Source: Malacoraja senta (lineage: Eukaryota). Taken from it: DNA of 64,000 bases. Positions 21,603 through 35,225 of this stretch are shown one piece after another (position 1 is the stretch's first letter; every line of letters starts with the position of its first letter). Below the pieces are notes generated by a model that ran no database searches, was not told the DNA's origin, and was given only the letters and a program-made list of their open reading frames with translations. A program made the translations under genes and the position numbers. Where the stretch lies: NCBI GenBank assembly GCA_038087875.1, contig CM075996.1:9798001-9862000 (forward strand). The letters are read 5' to 3'.

Positions 21603-22974
21603 GCGTGGAGCTTCTTACATTGGGAATGTGTAGTTCATTAAAGCTTACAAAGGCTAATTGTCTGCAAAGATGCTACAAAGCTTCACTAATTATTGTGTTG
21701 GAGAATATTCCACTGTTCTTGATAACGGCAGGTGGAAGCTGATTGATACACATTCCTTGATGTAAAATATCTGAGAGCTGTGTGTCTCAATTCAATCCCG
21801 AGTAACTTCCACACGAGCCCAAGGTTCAACAATTAGAATATCTCACTTTCAAACATTGCGACTGAATAAATATTAAAATCAGGATAAATTATTCAGTGTC
21901 CCAGCTAGTTTTATAGGCGTGAATTATTTAAACAGAGGCATGTTAAGAAGTTCTATAAACTGAATTTGTGTCTTTCGCATTCTGCAGAGGAGAGAAAGGA
22001 CACACATGCTGGTGGCAATACCACTGATGTCTGTCTCAGGCCCTCAGTCCACTCCTGATGACTTTGCATGGATCCAGGGTGAAAGCCGGGAGCTTTCTCT
22101 CGCGTTCAGAGTTTACCAGCTGGCTGGATGTAGGCAGGGCACGCAGAAGCTGCAAGCACTGAACCTTGAGCGGAAGGAGCTGTTGGGAACTGCCAAAGCT
22201 GCAAGGACAAATTTCTGCGCTCTCCCTCTGGCCAACCCTCCAAAGAGAACTGCGCTCAAACTAACTTTAACCTTGCCCTTCCGTATCTCTCCAATATTCA
22301 GTTCAGTTTATTGTCACGTGTACTGCGGTACAGTGAAAAGCTATCCAGTCAGCGGAAAGACAATACATGATTACAATCAAGCCATTTGCAGTGTATAGAT
22401 ATATGATATTGGAATAACTTTCAGTGCAAGGTAAAGCCAGCAAAGTCCGATCAAGGATAGTCCGAGGGTCACCAATGAGGTAGATAGTAGTTCAGGATAT
22501 TCATCCCAAAGATGTGCTGGTTTGTAGGTTAATTGGCCTCTGTAAACTGCAGGGAGTGGATGCAAAAGTGCGATAACATTGAACTAGTGTAAATGGGTAA
22601 ATGATGGTCAGTGTGGACTTGGTGGGCCGAAGGACCTGTTTCCATGCTGTACCTTACAATCAATCAATCAATAATATCCAGGCTTGTCATCTTTTCTGGC
22701 CTCTGAGCACCATTTGATGGGGAACAGAGCATATTCCTACTTATCATAGATCACTGTCATTCTCTGAGTAAAGGAACATATTTCAGACACACACATGCTG
22801 CCTTGTGCAATAAGATGGGTTTATTTGAAGTCACAGGTGGGCTAGTTAATAATCATATTTAACATACAATGATGGAAAAAAGCACAGAAGGTGACAAGGA
22901 TGGAAATATTTTGATGCAGTAATGTTTTATGATTGGGAATATATTGCTTGATGGGACAGTAGAACTATTTCAAT

Positions 22975-23069
22975 GGTACACAAAAATGCTGGAGAAACTC
23001 AGCGGGTGCAGCAGCATCTATGGAGCGAAGGAAATAGGTAACGTTTCGGGCCGAAACCCTTCTTCAGAC
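22975..23069 (-). mobile_element. 95-bp Penelope pLTR-derived unit with hammerhead-like core
   Basis: Identical to 6804-6898; direct repeat ACTATTTCAAT (22964-22974, 23068-23078). Confidence 0.87.
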
Positions 23070-23816
23070 TATTTCAATAATGACTTTCAAAAGGAATTGG
23101 ATGAATATTTGAAAAGGAAATATTTGCTGTAAAGAATTGGATAGTGGTCTTCTGAGGAGTTAGAACAGGCACGAGTGTCTCCTTGCACACTGCATGATTT
23201 TATAATCATAATCATACTTTATTAGCCAAGTATGTTTTGCAACATACAAGGAATTTGATTTGCCATATAGTCATACCAATAAAAAAAAACAGAACACGCA
23301 AAATACATTTTAAACTCAACAACCACCACATTTATATTATAGTTGGATAAATGGAAAGAAATTCTACCCAAAGCAATATTTCAATTGTAATGAAGTGGGA
23401 GAAGCCACTTTTGGTTTACAAGGTCAAATTCAAGACTAGTTGCACCAGAGAATATTTTCCAAATTCCAGCCCATCTTTACTATTGCTCTTCTTCTCACTG
23501 GTAGCAAGAATGTGCAGCAGGGAGATTCGGAGCAATTGGGTTGGAGGGCTTCTGCTGAGGAAAAAAGGCTCCCCCAGTGGTGGGAATGGGAATAGATAGT
23601 GGCATGCTGGCGGCAACGGCGTTCCGCCCTCACAGGTAATGGAAGACCTTGTTAGTTCACAGCTACCCAACTGGAAATGGGAGCCAAAATGGTGACGGAT
23701 ATTGGTCTGGCCACTTGCCCGTGGTCCTCCCAATGCTGGAGGGGTTAAAATTGCCTCACACGGAATTTGGGAATAGAATGGTTCAACAGTGGCGTAATTA
23801 TAGAGCTACTGCCTTA

Positions 23817-24136
23817 AAGCCCTGTCCCACGGTACGAGTTCATTCCAAGAGCTCTCCCGAGTTTGCCCTGATTCGAACTCGGAGATTTACGGTAATGGCC
23901 ACTCGTCGGTACTCGGGGCTCTCGTGGACATTTTTCAACATGTTGAAAAATCTTCCCGAGTCTTCCCGAGCTTACCTGCCGTTAGCAAGTCTTCCCGAGT
24001 ACCTGCCGTTAGCGTTACGAGCCGCTAAGAGACGTCCCCGAGCTCCGACGTACCCGCTACGTTCATTCTCCGTGCTTACCACGAGTTTTAACTCGGGAGA
24101 GCTCTTGGAATGAACTCATACTGTGGGACAGGGCCA
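23817..24136. mobile_element. PIF/Harbinger-type MITE inserted in a V-SINE (about 23787-24415)
   Basis: ~45-bp TIR GCCCTGTCCCACGGTACGAGTTCATTCCAAGAGCTCTCCCGAGTT; TSD TTA; SINE sequence resumes on both sides. Confidence 0.9.
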
Positions 24137-25769
24137 TTACTTCGCCAGAAACCCGGGTTCCATCCTGACTACGGGTGTTTGTCTGTCTGGAGTTTGTACG
24201 TTCTCCCCGTCACCTGCGTGAGTTTTCTCCAAGATATTCGGTTTCCTCTCACTCCAAGTTTGTAGGTTAATTGGATAGGTATATATGTAAAAAAATGTCC
24301 CTAGTGTGAGTAGGATAGTGTCAATGCGTGGGGGGGGGGGGGGGGGGATCGCTGGTCGGTGCACTCGGTGGGCCGAAGGGCCTGCGTCCGTGCTGTATCT
24401 CTAAACTAAACTAAATGAGTGGCTATGGTGAAAATGTTATATTTAGTGGCTAGTGGAAGGTGGAGTTAGTTAGCACAGAAAGGCAGTGAAGTCTGTACAG
24501 AGGCACAGAGAGAAGAGTGCTGAGTCTACGTCAACCATCAAGGATCATTTATACTAATCCTACATTGATCCCATTTTTTTTGGTTGTCCCCACATTCTCA
24601 CGAACTCTCCCGCCCCCACAGATTCTATCATTCACCTCCAAACTAGGAAGAATTTACACTGGGCCAGTTAATCTATCCATCTACTGTACATGTCTCTGCG
24701 ATGTGGGAGGAAACCGGAGCACCCGGAGAAAACCCACGCGGTCACATGGAGAACGTGCAAATTCCACACTGACAGCACCCGAGGTCGGGATTGAACATGA
24801 GACTGCGAGGCAACGGGTCAGCTTGCTGAAGGGAGACACAAAAAGCTGGAGTAACTCAGTGGGACAGGCAGCATCTACGACGAGACGGAATGGGTGACGT
24901 TTCGGAACGAGACCCCCCAGTATTTTGTGGGTAGATAAAATGCTGGAGAAACTCAGCCGGTGAGGCAGCATCTATGGAGCGAAGGAAAAGGTGAAGTTTC
25001 GGGCCGAGATCCTTCCTCAGAGTCTATCTTAGGTTTAAACCAGCATCTGCAGTTCCCTCCTACACCAGTATATGACCTCAACTTGTGTTGGAGAGAGAGA
25101 CACGGGTCGACTTGCTGCATCACTGCAGCGTGGACCGGTTCAATCGGTAACATGAGCAACCGTGAGAAAGGGAAGATTGAAGAACGTGGCAGGAGGTGGG
25201 AAGAAGATGCGGGAGAAAAACGATGCATCAGGCTTTCTACTTGTAAACATTCTCGTGTTGATGAGCAAATCAGGAGTGTGCAACCACAGGAGAATTGATA
25301 AAGACAAAACTATCCACCTCCACAGCTATTAATTGTCATAATTTAATATAGTATGTACACATTTCAATTTGCAGCCTGTCTTGTACTGAGAGGCTGGAGA
25401 TTGGTTGAATGTACAACTTAGCATCAAGGGACTCATTGGAAGATTTGCACAGCGCGGTGCTGTCATGATGACAGAAAGTCGCCCCTCCTCCGACAGTAAC
25501 AGGTAGTTGTCCCTCCGCTACAGTTGGACGTTGCCACGGAAACAACACAATCTCCATCACAGCTCATTTATCTCAAGAACACTCCGAGCCTATTGAGAGG
25601 GCCATCAGTCATAAGACAATAGCAAACATCCTCGGGGGCTCGGCAGTCAACCCCCAAAGGGTAGTGTGGCTTCTTTCAGCTCGGCTTGCTCTGGTCTTTG
25701 TTAATGCGTTTGACATGTGATATTATTTCATTAATGGGACGATGTGGAAAAGCCAGGAATGAGTTGGGT

Positions 25770-26064
25770 ATAGAAACATAGAAACATAGAAATTAGGTGC
25801 AGGAGTAGGCCATTCGGCCCTTCGAGCCTGCACCGCCATTCAATATGATCATGGCTGATCATCCAACTCAGTATCCCGTACCTGCCTTCTCTCCATACCC
25901 TCTGATCCCTTTAGCCACAAGGGCCACATCTAGCTCCCTCTTAAATATAGCCAATGAACTGGCCTCGACTACCCTCTGTGGCAGAGAGTTCCAGAGATTC
26001 ACCACTCTCTGTGTGAAAAAAGTTCTTCTCATCTCGGTTTTAAAGGATTTCCCCCTTATCCTTG
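25770..26064 (-). mobile_element. CR1-type LINE 3' fragment
   Basis: FFTQRVVNLWNSLPQRVVEASSLAIFKRELD; (TTTCTATG)n tail. Confidence 0.9.
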
Positions 26065-26279
26065 AGTTCTCAGTGAGTTCTCTTGTCCGCGCGACCCCCG
26101 AATCTCCATGCTGCGTGCACCAGGGTGCGTAGCTGGGTGGGCATGTCGTGTGGCTAGGGTCCTCGTGGGCACAGAGTTCTTGTACAAAAATAACCAGCGA
26201 CAACCTTATGACAACTTTGTAAACGGAAACATCGGCCTGTAGGACTGGACTAGCAATCCACAGGGCTGGGCCAATATCC

Positions 26280-26615
26280 GGAGGCACCAGTTCAAATCCA
26301 GTACAGCAGCTGTGGAATTTAAATTCAGCTAATTAGTTGTTAATTACATAAATCTGGAATTTAAAAAAACTAGCATTAGTAATGATGTGGATGAAACTCG
26401 CAGATTGCCATTAAAACCCATCTGGTTCACTTATGTCCCTTAGGGAAGGGAATCTGCTGGCCTTAACCCAGCCCAATACATCTCCAGACCCATTGTTATG
26501 TGACTGCTCTGATACGGATTAGGTACACGAGTACAAGTGGCCCATCACAATCCCAAGGACAACTGATCTTACCCAATAAATGCTATCCTTGGAGTCCACA
26601 TCCTGAATGAATGTT
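26280..26615 (+). mobile_element. Old SINE of a second family (related fragment at about 4400-4580)
   Basis: B-box-like GTTCAAATCC, then AAATCTGGAATT...AAAACCCATCTGGTTCAC...TAGGGAAGG, recalled as an ancient vertebrate SINE core; family name not verified. Confidence 0.5.
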
Positions 26616-27254
26616 TCTTTAAAATGCACTTCCAATGGGTTAAATGCCTTATAGGACCATTATGAACCATGTATTGTGGTACTAGGGCAAATCATCCAGT
26701 ACTTGGACAAAGATGACTCAAGGGAGGGGAAGGGTAGAGCAGTTGAGAACTTTAGAGAGGGAATTCCGGAGCTCAGGACCTTGGCAGCTGAAGGCAGGGA
26801 CTCATGTTGTCCACCTCCCCGTGGCGTGCCCTGTCAACTGACCTCAGTCAGGCGAACGACAACAAACAGAGACAGCAGCAGCGCAGCAGCTTGGCGCCAA
26901 CCCGGAGCATGCGCCCTGTTTAGGGCGGGCACCTACAGATGTTGAACCGGATGGCATCACCCTGCTGCGGACATCTGCTGCCTCAAACGCAAGAAGAAGC
27001 TGAAGGCATGGAATTCTCAAGAGATCAGAATTTGATGAGTGCCGACACCTTGGGCTACATTGAGCTCAAGGTATTTGTAGAGACCAAGCAAGAAAGTAGT
27101 ACCAAGATTGAGATCTACTCAAAACTGAAAGGTTTCAGAGTTCAGCGAAGAACGTGAATGAAATGGTGTGAGTCAGGGCATGGGGAGCAGGGTTTGGAGT
27201 GAATGTCTAATGTCTTTGAGTTCCCTCAGCTTTTTTAATCCAACTTCAATTCCA

Positions 27255-27780
27255 AACCAGTTTTGGCCATCGTGTTTTAGGAAAAATGTTGTCAAGCAGG
27301 AAAGGGTGCAGAGAAGATTCACAAGGATGTTTCCAGGATTCGAGGGCCTGAGCTATAGGAAGAGGTTGAGCAGGCTAGGACTTTATTCCTTGGACCACAG
27401 GAGGATGAGGGGTGATCTTATAGAAGTGTACAAAATCAGAGGAATAGATCAGGTAAACACACAGAGTCTCTTGCCCAGAGTAGGTGATTCAAGAACCAGA
27501 GGACATACTGTAGTTTTAAGGTGAGGGGGAAAATAATTAATAGGAACTTGAGGGGTTAGTTTTTTATACAAAGGGTGGTGGGTGTATGGAACAAGCTGCT
27601 GGAGGAGGTAGTTGAGGCAGGGAGTATCGCAACGTTTAAGAAACATTTAGACAGGTCTATGGATAGAATAGGTTTAGAGGGATGTGGGCCAAATGCAGGC
27701 AGGTGGGACTGGTGTAGATAGGGCATTTTGGTCATCGTGGGCAAGTTGAGCTGAAAGGCCTGGTTCCATGCAGTATGACT
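27255..27780 (+). mobile_element. CR1-type LINE 3' fragment
   Basis: ERVQRRFTRMFPGFEGLSYRKRLSRLGLYSL..RRMRGDLIEVYKI...SRTRGH. Confidence 0.9.
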
Positions 27781-27936
27781 AACTCCACTGTCCTTGACTT
27801 TGAGTACTTGAGGGACCATTTAACAAATGAATTGCTGGGCAGTTGGCTTATTCAACCAACACAGCATCAGAGTTAGCCCTGAACTGACATCAACTGGAGC
27901 ACATATAGACAATCCTTACATAAGTGGCTCTCTGAA

Positions 27937-28032
27937 GTCTGAAGAAGGGTTTCGGCCCGAAACGTTGCCTATTTCCTTCGCTCCAAAGATGCTGCTGCAC
28001 CCGCTGAGTTTCTCCAGCACTTTTGTCTACCT
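27937..28032 (+). mobile_element. Penelope pLTR-derived ~95-bp unit
   Basis: Same sequence and ends as the 6804/22975 units; no clear TSD. Confidence 0.8.
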
Positions 28033-28499
28033 GGTCACAGGAACCAGCCATGAGACATCCTACACGACCATTCATTGACCTATCGGCTACTACTTAGGTT
28101 CTGCGTTGTTTCACAATCTGTACTGGATCCCAATCTGTTTCAAGCTGCAAGTGTGCACTGGAATGGGTAAAGATTACCACTGGTGATGAATGGAACTGGG
28201 TGACCAGAGCTTGAAAAACAAGTGAAGCAATGGCTACCCCGAGCTTGCGATGGTCGAAGAATAAAAGAAGATGGTCAACAGCGAGGAGTCCTCCTCTCCA
28301 AGAACTAAACAGTGCGGGTAGAAGACAGACTTCGGCCACACACCATGAACAGGTGCCAAACAATGTCCCCTGTTGTATCCGCCTTCTGGAAGATTCACTT
28401 TGTCATCTTCCTGTTTAGCGTTAGCAACTAAAGAGGAAGAGTTACAGTTCATATGTACTGATATACCAACCGCGGCTGCGGCATACATAGTCATTGTAG

Positions 28500-28810
28500 C
28501 AGATGCAAGGTTAGCCTTCCTGAGCGTGCATCTGCAGAAAGCAACTGGCCTGGATGGAGTCCCCAGTGGTGTCCTCAGGACCTGTGTGGACCAGCTGGTG
28601 GGAGTATTTATAGATATCTTTAACCTCTCACAACGTCTTCTTTAAGAAAACCACCATTACTCTGGTGCCAAAGAAAAGTAAGGCAATGTGCCTTAATGAC
28701 CATTGCCCTGTGGCTGTGCCGTCCACCATCATGAGAAACCGGCGATGACACACACTAATTCCACCCTTGGTCCAATGCAGTATGCGTACTGTCACATCAG
28801 ATCCATGGCA
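28500..28810 (+). pseudogene. Rex-Babar RT fragment followed by a Penelope pLTR (about 28815-29020)
   Basis: KATGLDGVPSGVLRTCVDQLVGVFIDIFNLS...FKKTTITLVPKK..AMCLND. Confidence 0.78.
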
Positions 28811-29859
28811 GACCCTCGGGCTGTCTCCTCCCATCCCTCAGCCCTCGGGCTCCTCCTCCACCTTTTTCCTTTCTTCTCCCCACCCCCCATCAGTCTGAAG
28901 AAGGGTTTCGGCCCGAAACGTTGCCTATTTCCTTCGCTCTATAGATGCTGCTGCACCCGCTGAGTTTCTCCAGCATTTTTGTGTACCTTCGATTTTCCAG
29001 CATCTGCAGTTCCTTCCTACTTTTGTTCAATGTTAAGATAAGCCAAGGATCAGGGGTTAGTTGGGAAAGAGTGCTGCGGTAAAGAAATCAACTCTGAGGG
29101 CTGAATGCCTCGTCCTGATTCCATTTCCTACATTCTATTGTGAGGAGAAACAAAATAGTGTGAAGACCCTTCAGTTACCAAACCAAGGCCAATTTCCACA
29201 GCTGCTGTACTGGAAACCCTTCAGCCCATCACAGACCCTAGCCCCATACCCAACCTCTGTCCTATGGCTCTCTATGATAGGAGAGAGAAAACTGACTGTG
29301 GCTGTTTAAGTTTTATCCCCGTGCAATTTTAGCGCTGGTGGAAATGGCTTTGGGAGTGTAATGCCTTGACAGGCCTGCATCCAGAGCAGGATTTCTCAGA
29401 ACTCCTTGCAGCCAGAAACAGTCGGACTGAATACCCCACTCGATCATTCATCCAATCACAAGAAAACAGAGAGCCTAAAAAAATTGGGTGAAGGTGAAAT
29501 AACTTGCATTCCTATATTCACAGTTCCCAAAATGCTTTATAGTCACGGATGTGTCGTTTTTATTTTAATGAAGGCAATACATCAATCTGCATTCAGCACG
29601 CTCCCAAAGCTTCCATTAGATATCACCGGGTAATCCGTTTCACTTCACGCTGGTTAAAAGGTAAATGTTTCCCCAGGACGTCTCAGCTTAGTTTATTTTA
29701 GTTTGGAGATTTGTTACCCAGCGCGGAAACAGGCCCTTCGCACACCGAGTCTGTGCCGACAGGCAATCCCCTGCACCTACATCCTGCAAATGAATAAACA
29801 CAACAGCTGTCATCTTTCCTCTCAGTTCGCTTAGCCAGATAATCGGCCTGTCCCACTAA

Positions 29860-30620
29860 TGGGCCTGTCCCACTTAGGCAACTTTTTAGGCGACTGCAGG
29901 AGACTATGCAGTCGCCACATGTTCGCGGATGGTTGCCGGCGAGTCGCCTTCATGGTCGTGAGGAGTTCCCGCATTCTGGGAACTAGTCGCGTCCTCATTA
30001 TGGTTGCCGTGAATTTTTCAACATGTTGAAAGATTAGCGCTGATCAGAATGAAGCCGCCATGGAGAGTAGCGAGAAGTCTCGTGCCGTAGGTGGGTCGCC
30101 AGGAGGTCCTAGAGGGTTGCCAGGAGGTCAAAGGTTCTTGTAGGTTGTAGCCGGTGCTGACCGGTGAATTTCATTGGCTCATTGGGGGAAAAGAAACATA
30201 AGCAGTAGTTTTCAGAACGAAGGATGTCTGACCGGTAATGTTAATGTCCGCCGAGCTTCACAGCCGTGTATCTCTTGGCTTCTTAAAAGTTGTCTCCACT
30301 CCTTCTCCCCCCTTTTCCCCCCCTCTTTTAAAGGACTTACTGTACACTGTGCTTTTTAGCGTCTTAATTACGGCGCCAACCTTCCTGTTCATCGCGGTGT
30401 GTGTCTGTATCACATTGGCTTTGCACCGTGTGAATTTCACTCAGACAGCACTCCCCCCGCTTGCCCTGTCCCCCGCCTGCATAACGGGCTGGTGAAGGAA
30501 GGTGTGTGTGTGTTCCACTCTGACAGTCGCCGTTCCAGTTGCCGGTTTGTTCAGGCGACTGCAGGCAACTTGACAGTCGCCGGCAGTCGCCTGAAAAATC
30601 ACCTAGGTGGGACAGGCCCT
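29860..30620. mobile_element. PIF/Harbinger-type MITE with duplicated left terminus
   Basis: TGGGCCTGTCCCACTTAGG / CCTAGGTGGGACAGGCCCT; extra GGCCTGTCCCAC at about 29845. Confidence 0.85.
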
Positions 30621-31188
30621 TGAGATTTTCCTCCAATAAACAAAGTTAATAATCAAATTCAATGTATTTTATTTCAAAACCCAGTTTAGTCCAAAAACAA
30701 CATATTGTTACGTTTTAGTTCCATTGTTTCATGTGCAGTTTGGTAAAAAGTGAACATGTATGAAAATACAGGCTTGAACAAATGCTGCTTTGAAAAATAA
30801 ACATTGCTTTCTACCAAGCCTAATGTTATAAGGAAAATGCACTGATGAATAAATCATACCAGTGTGCAATATACTGAGAAAGTAGTTGTCAGTGGCAGCT
30901 ATTACAGTGTGTGCAGTGATACTGAAGGAAAGATGCCTTTGTTACAGGAGTGCAGCAAAGGTTCACCAGACTGATTCCAGTGACGGAAAGCTTGCCGTGA
31001 GGAGAGATTAAACAGGTCGCTCCTAAGCACTCCAACTTTTAGAATAACAAGGCGATCTGATTGTAATGTGCACATTTCTTAAGATAGCTATTCATATTTC
31101 TCTAGTCTGGGGTATGTAAAAGTAGAAGACAGTTTCAAAATAAGTGGGTGGCTGTTCAGGAAAGAAACGTTGCCACAAGATGTTGTTA

Positions 31189-31469
31189 GGGCGGCACAGT
31201 GGCACAGAGTTGCTGCCTTTCAGCGCCAGAGACCAGGGTTCGATCCCAACTACGGGTGCTGTCTGTACGGAGTTTGTACGTTTTCCCCATGACTGTATGG
31301 GTTTTCTCCGAGTCCTTCGGTTTCCAAAGAGGTACAGGTTTGTCGGTTAATTGACGATATAAGTGCAAATTGTCCCTAGTGTGTGTAGGATAGTGTTAAT
31401 GTGCGGGGATCGCTGGTCGGTGCCGAAGGGCCTGTTTCCGCGCTGTTTCTCTAAACTAAAACTAAACTG
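31189..31469 (+). mobile_element. V-SINE
   Basis: GGGCGGCACAGTGGC head, B box, V domain, CTAAA tail. Confidence 0.85.
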
Positions 31470-31939
31470 AAAGACAGTCTCAAAATAAGTGGATGGCTGT
31501 TCAGAAAAGAAATGTTAAAACAAGATGGATGTGAATTTCCAGAATTCTCCAGTAAAGGGGATTCAAACGACTAGTGTATTCAAGAGATTGATAGATTTTC
31601 AAACGTTTCATGAATCAAGGAATATGGAGTTAGTATAGGTAAAAGGTGTCATGATCACTGAATAATGGATAAGATACAAGGGGCCAAATTGGCTACTGCT
31701 GCTTCCATTGCTTATCTCACAAACTTTATCTCTCTCCCAGAATAGATTAGAATCTACCTAGACCAGAGGTTTCATCCACTGAGCATCAGTGGAGGGAATG
31801 GATAGGTGACATTTCACATCAGGAGCCTTCTCAAGACTAACCTGCAAACAATCACCCCTCCTCCCTCCTCCCCCCCCCCCTCTCTTCTGAGTCCATCTGG
31901 ATCCCAACCATTTCTCCCCTTCCCCCTCCTCCCTTGTGA

Positions 31940-32165
31940 TGTAGACAGAGAGATCAAGAAAGGGGAGAGAAGTGGCAGAGATAGCCCATGGGGAATACGA
32001 GGGCAGTGTGTAAGGTGGTGATAAAGTTAATGAAATCAACGAGCTCTGCAATGGATGTGGCTCTGACAGTCATCATTGATACAGTTGGGGGATGATGCCA
32101 GTGTACGTTTGGAAAAGCACTGTTTGACGTAACCAACACAAAGGCCGGCATAGGTGGGCCCGTGC
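31940..32165 (-). pseudogene. Penelope RT fragment
   Basis: GPTYAGLCVGYV...ELVDFINF...WAISATSLPFLDLSV, similar to the fragment at 57.4 kb. Confidence 0.6.
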
Positions 32166-32485
32166 AAGTGCCTTCCGCAGCTGCTGCCTGATCTGCTGAG
32201 TTATTCCAGCACTTTGTATTTACCTCACGATTCCAGCATCTGCAGGTTCTTGTGTCTCTATCATCTACCTAGATTGATTTATTGTGTCTTGCTGTTGTAA
32301 GTATTTCCTTATAATCATTGGAGTATTATAAGACTGAAAGGTAATCTTATTGAAGCAAATAGTTTCCGAGGAGGCTTGACAGGGATTCAGAAAGGGTGTT
32401 TTTCCCTTATGGGGTTAATCATGAAGTAATGGCATACTAGAATGCCTCTACATGACACACTAGAGGCAGGAAACATGTTCCTGAT

Positions 32486-35220
32486 CAGGGCTCTCGCTTA
32501 ACTTTTTTCCCCCTGTTGCCAGCCGGGCAACCTTGGCAGCTTTTTAGGTTGCCAAATGACAGTTTGGGTGGTCATTTAAGATGGCTTGCATGATGCGTGC
32601 GATAATGTGCTCGGACAAAGTGCGTAGTTACCAGTCGGAATTATACTCAATGAAGCATTCACATATTATTTCTGCTTCAAATAAAGTCACAAACTAAACA
32701 TATTCACCAATCAAGACATGATATATCCCACAATGACATGCAGCAAAATTATAAGACAGTATCTCAACTCTTTTTACACATTGCAATTAATGCAATTTCT
32801 ATTAGTTCTTTCCACTTCCAAACTAAAATGTGGTTGGATTATTCAGCATATGATCAACCTGTGTCAATAAATCCTGGACCATGGTAACATGTATGCTTAA
32901 CCATGCATACTACATATTGATTGATGCAAGCATGTTTTCTGTGAAGCACCGGAAATTACCATAACATGGCCATAGCATGGGTCGTTTTTGCTATTGGTAC
33001 AGAAACACTCGCTTCCCACAAAATTTATCCACAACAAAATATACAGGTTGCAAGGACATTTCTATAGGCATTTTATGATAATAGCTGTTAAAACCAACTA
33101 TACCCATCTGATAGGTTAAACATTACACTAGCTGACAAGAGATGGCCAAAGGACATAACTGCAGCAAATGTTCTTTTGGTAATATATTTAAAGGTGTCAA
33201 GATGCCACATTACCAGACATTCAGATTAAATGTACGTGTTGTAAACAGCAATGAAGATACCCAGTTTGTAAGCACCAGATTTAAAAAAAATTAATGATAA
33301 ACGCTGTTTCCATCATTCCCACTTCAGAATTAACGTTAAAATTTCAACTGAAATATCTCCTGACCAAATTTGTGATGTATATGATTGACTGTAGAAGTAA
33401 AACCTGGATAAATCCAACATATAGTTGTGGATGTTGCTCATTAAATAACTACAGTACTGATACTCCATATTAAGAGCATTGATTTGCGTTAAAATGAATT
33501 CTGTAATAACGTGTCAACGGCAGCAGTGACAATCGAACACTGCGGTTTTAATGTTTCACGTGTTCACAATTTAATTAATCCATCTTTATGGACTAAAACA
33601 AATAATAACATTGGGAATTAAAACTCATTTGATTGCATTCCGTTATCAAACATAGTCAATGTTCGCTCTGAAGACATTTCCAGCACAATAGGGTCAGGGA
33701 AGGGGGTGTGTGTGAATCAGTGCGGGGTGGATAGATGGTGGGGGTGGGGGGGGGGTGGTTAGAAGGCAGTCGGTGCAGAATGGATGGATTGAGGCAGGTG
33801 AATTAGTACGTGTTGGTTGGAGTAGGTAAAATTGTGAGGGGAGAGCACCGGGGATGTCAGTGGTGTTGAATGGGGGGGTTCAGTACGGGATAGATGGGGT
33901 GGACAAAAGTGCTGGAGAAACTCAGCGGGTGAGGCAGCATCTATGGAGCGAAGGAAATAGGCAACGTTTTGGGTCGAGACCCTTCTTCAGACTGTTCCCC
34001 CCATTCTTCTTGAATGGGAGGATCAGTACAGGATGGATGGGGGGGAGATCAGCGCAGGATGAATGGGGAGGGTCAGTACAGTGTGGATCGGAGGGTGTGC
34101 AGGATGAATGGGGGATCACTATAGGATGAATGAGGGGAAGGGGGGAAGGTGCAGGGTAAATAGAGGGTGGGTTAGTACGGGATGAATGCGTGGAATAGTA
34201 CAGGATGAATGGGGGATCAGTACAGGATGGATGGAGGAGAAGTGTAGGATGGATGGGAAGGGGGGTAAGTACAGGGTGTATTGGGGAACCAGTGTATGAT
34301 GGATGGGGGGGGGGGTGGCAGGAGAATCAATGCGAGGTGGATAGGGTGATCAGCGCAGGATGAATAGATGGGGGGGTGTAGATGTGGAGGGGAGCACAGG
34401 GGATGTCTGTGAGGACTGAATAGAGGCGGGAATGGGGATCAGTGCGGGATGGAGAGGAGGGGTCCCAGGATAAGGGGGGCGTACAAGAGAGAGAGAGAAA
34501 GAGAGGGGGGCGAGGTGGGGAGGAAGGAAGGTCAGCGCTCCTCGGACAACATCTCCCCGCTGCCTTGGCCGTTGGGATTTCCTCTCCATCGCCTCCTTCC
34601 TCCGCCAGCCAACAGCAAGGTGCGGGGCCGAGCGGTGCAGCTGCTTCAGAAGGGTTGGAGCGAATGACGGGCCCCGCACAGCGGCAGCAGCGGCCGCGGC
34701 TCCATCTCCTCCTCCTCCTCCCTGATAGCAGCCGCTTGCAAATCCGCTTTCAAAACAAACCCTCCCACACGCCGAGGCCTCCTTCTCCCTCCCTGCCTCG
34801 GCGTCCTCTCTCCCTCCTCCCAGCCTCGGCGTGCGGGAGGGTTTGTTTTGAAACGCCGTTAGCGGATATGCAAGCAGCGGCCCTTATCAGGGCGGACGGG
34901 GCGGGGTGCAGGAGGAGGAGGAGATGGAGCCGCTGCTGTCGCGGCCGCTGCTGCCGCTGTTCGGGGCCCATCATTCGCTCCGACCCTTCGTCACACCGCA
35001 TCTAGTATCTTTGCCCCGCACGACAGCCGTCGCCGACACGAAACGTCGCGTTCCTTTTCTCCACAGATGCTGCCTGACCCGCAGAGTTACTCCAGTTTTT
35101 TGTGTCTATCTTCGGTATAAACCAAGTTGCCAAGCCGGGCAAAATGACTCGCCGTTTAGGTTGTCCGGCGGCACTTTGGGTGGTCAGTGGCACCCGGGCA
35201 ACCGCTAATTTCGAGCCCTG
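32486..35220 (+). mobile_element. 2.7-kb non-autonomous DNA transposon with 5-bp TSD (hAT5-like), copy 1, inserted in CR1
   Basis: Termini CAGGGCTC / GAGCCCTG, subterminal GTTGCC/GGCAAC motifs, TSD CTGAT (32481-32485, 35221-35225); CR1 sequence continues across the site. Confidence 0.9.
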
Positions 35221-35225
35221 CTGAT

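Noticed and set aside
21987..22280. Possible exon after TCTTTCGCATTCTGCAG
   Set aside because: No recognisable product and no convincing donor; cannot be supported from sequence alone.
33700..34540. G-rich tract as a functional G-quadruplex array
   Set aside because: Degenerate GGATG/GGGG low-complexity cargo of the transposon, duplicated in copy 2; no independent support.
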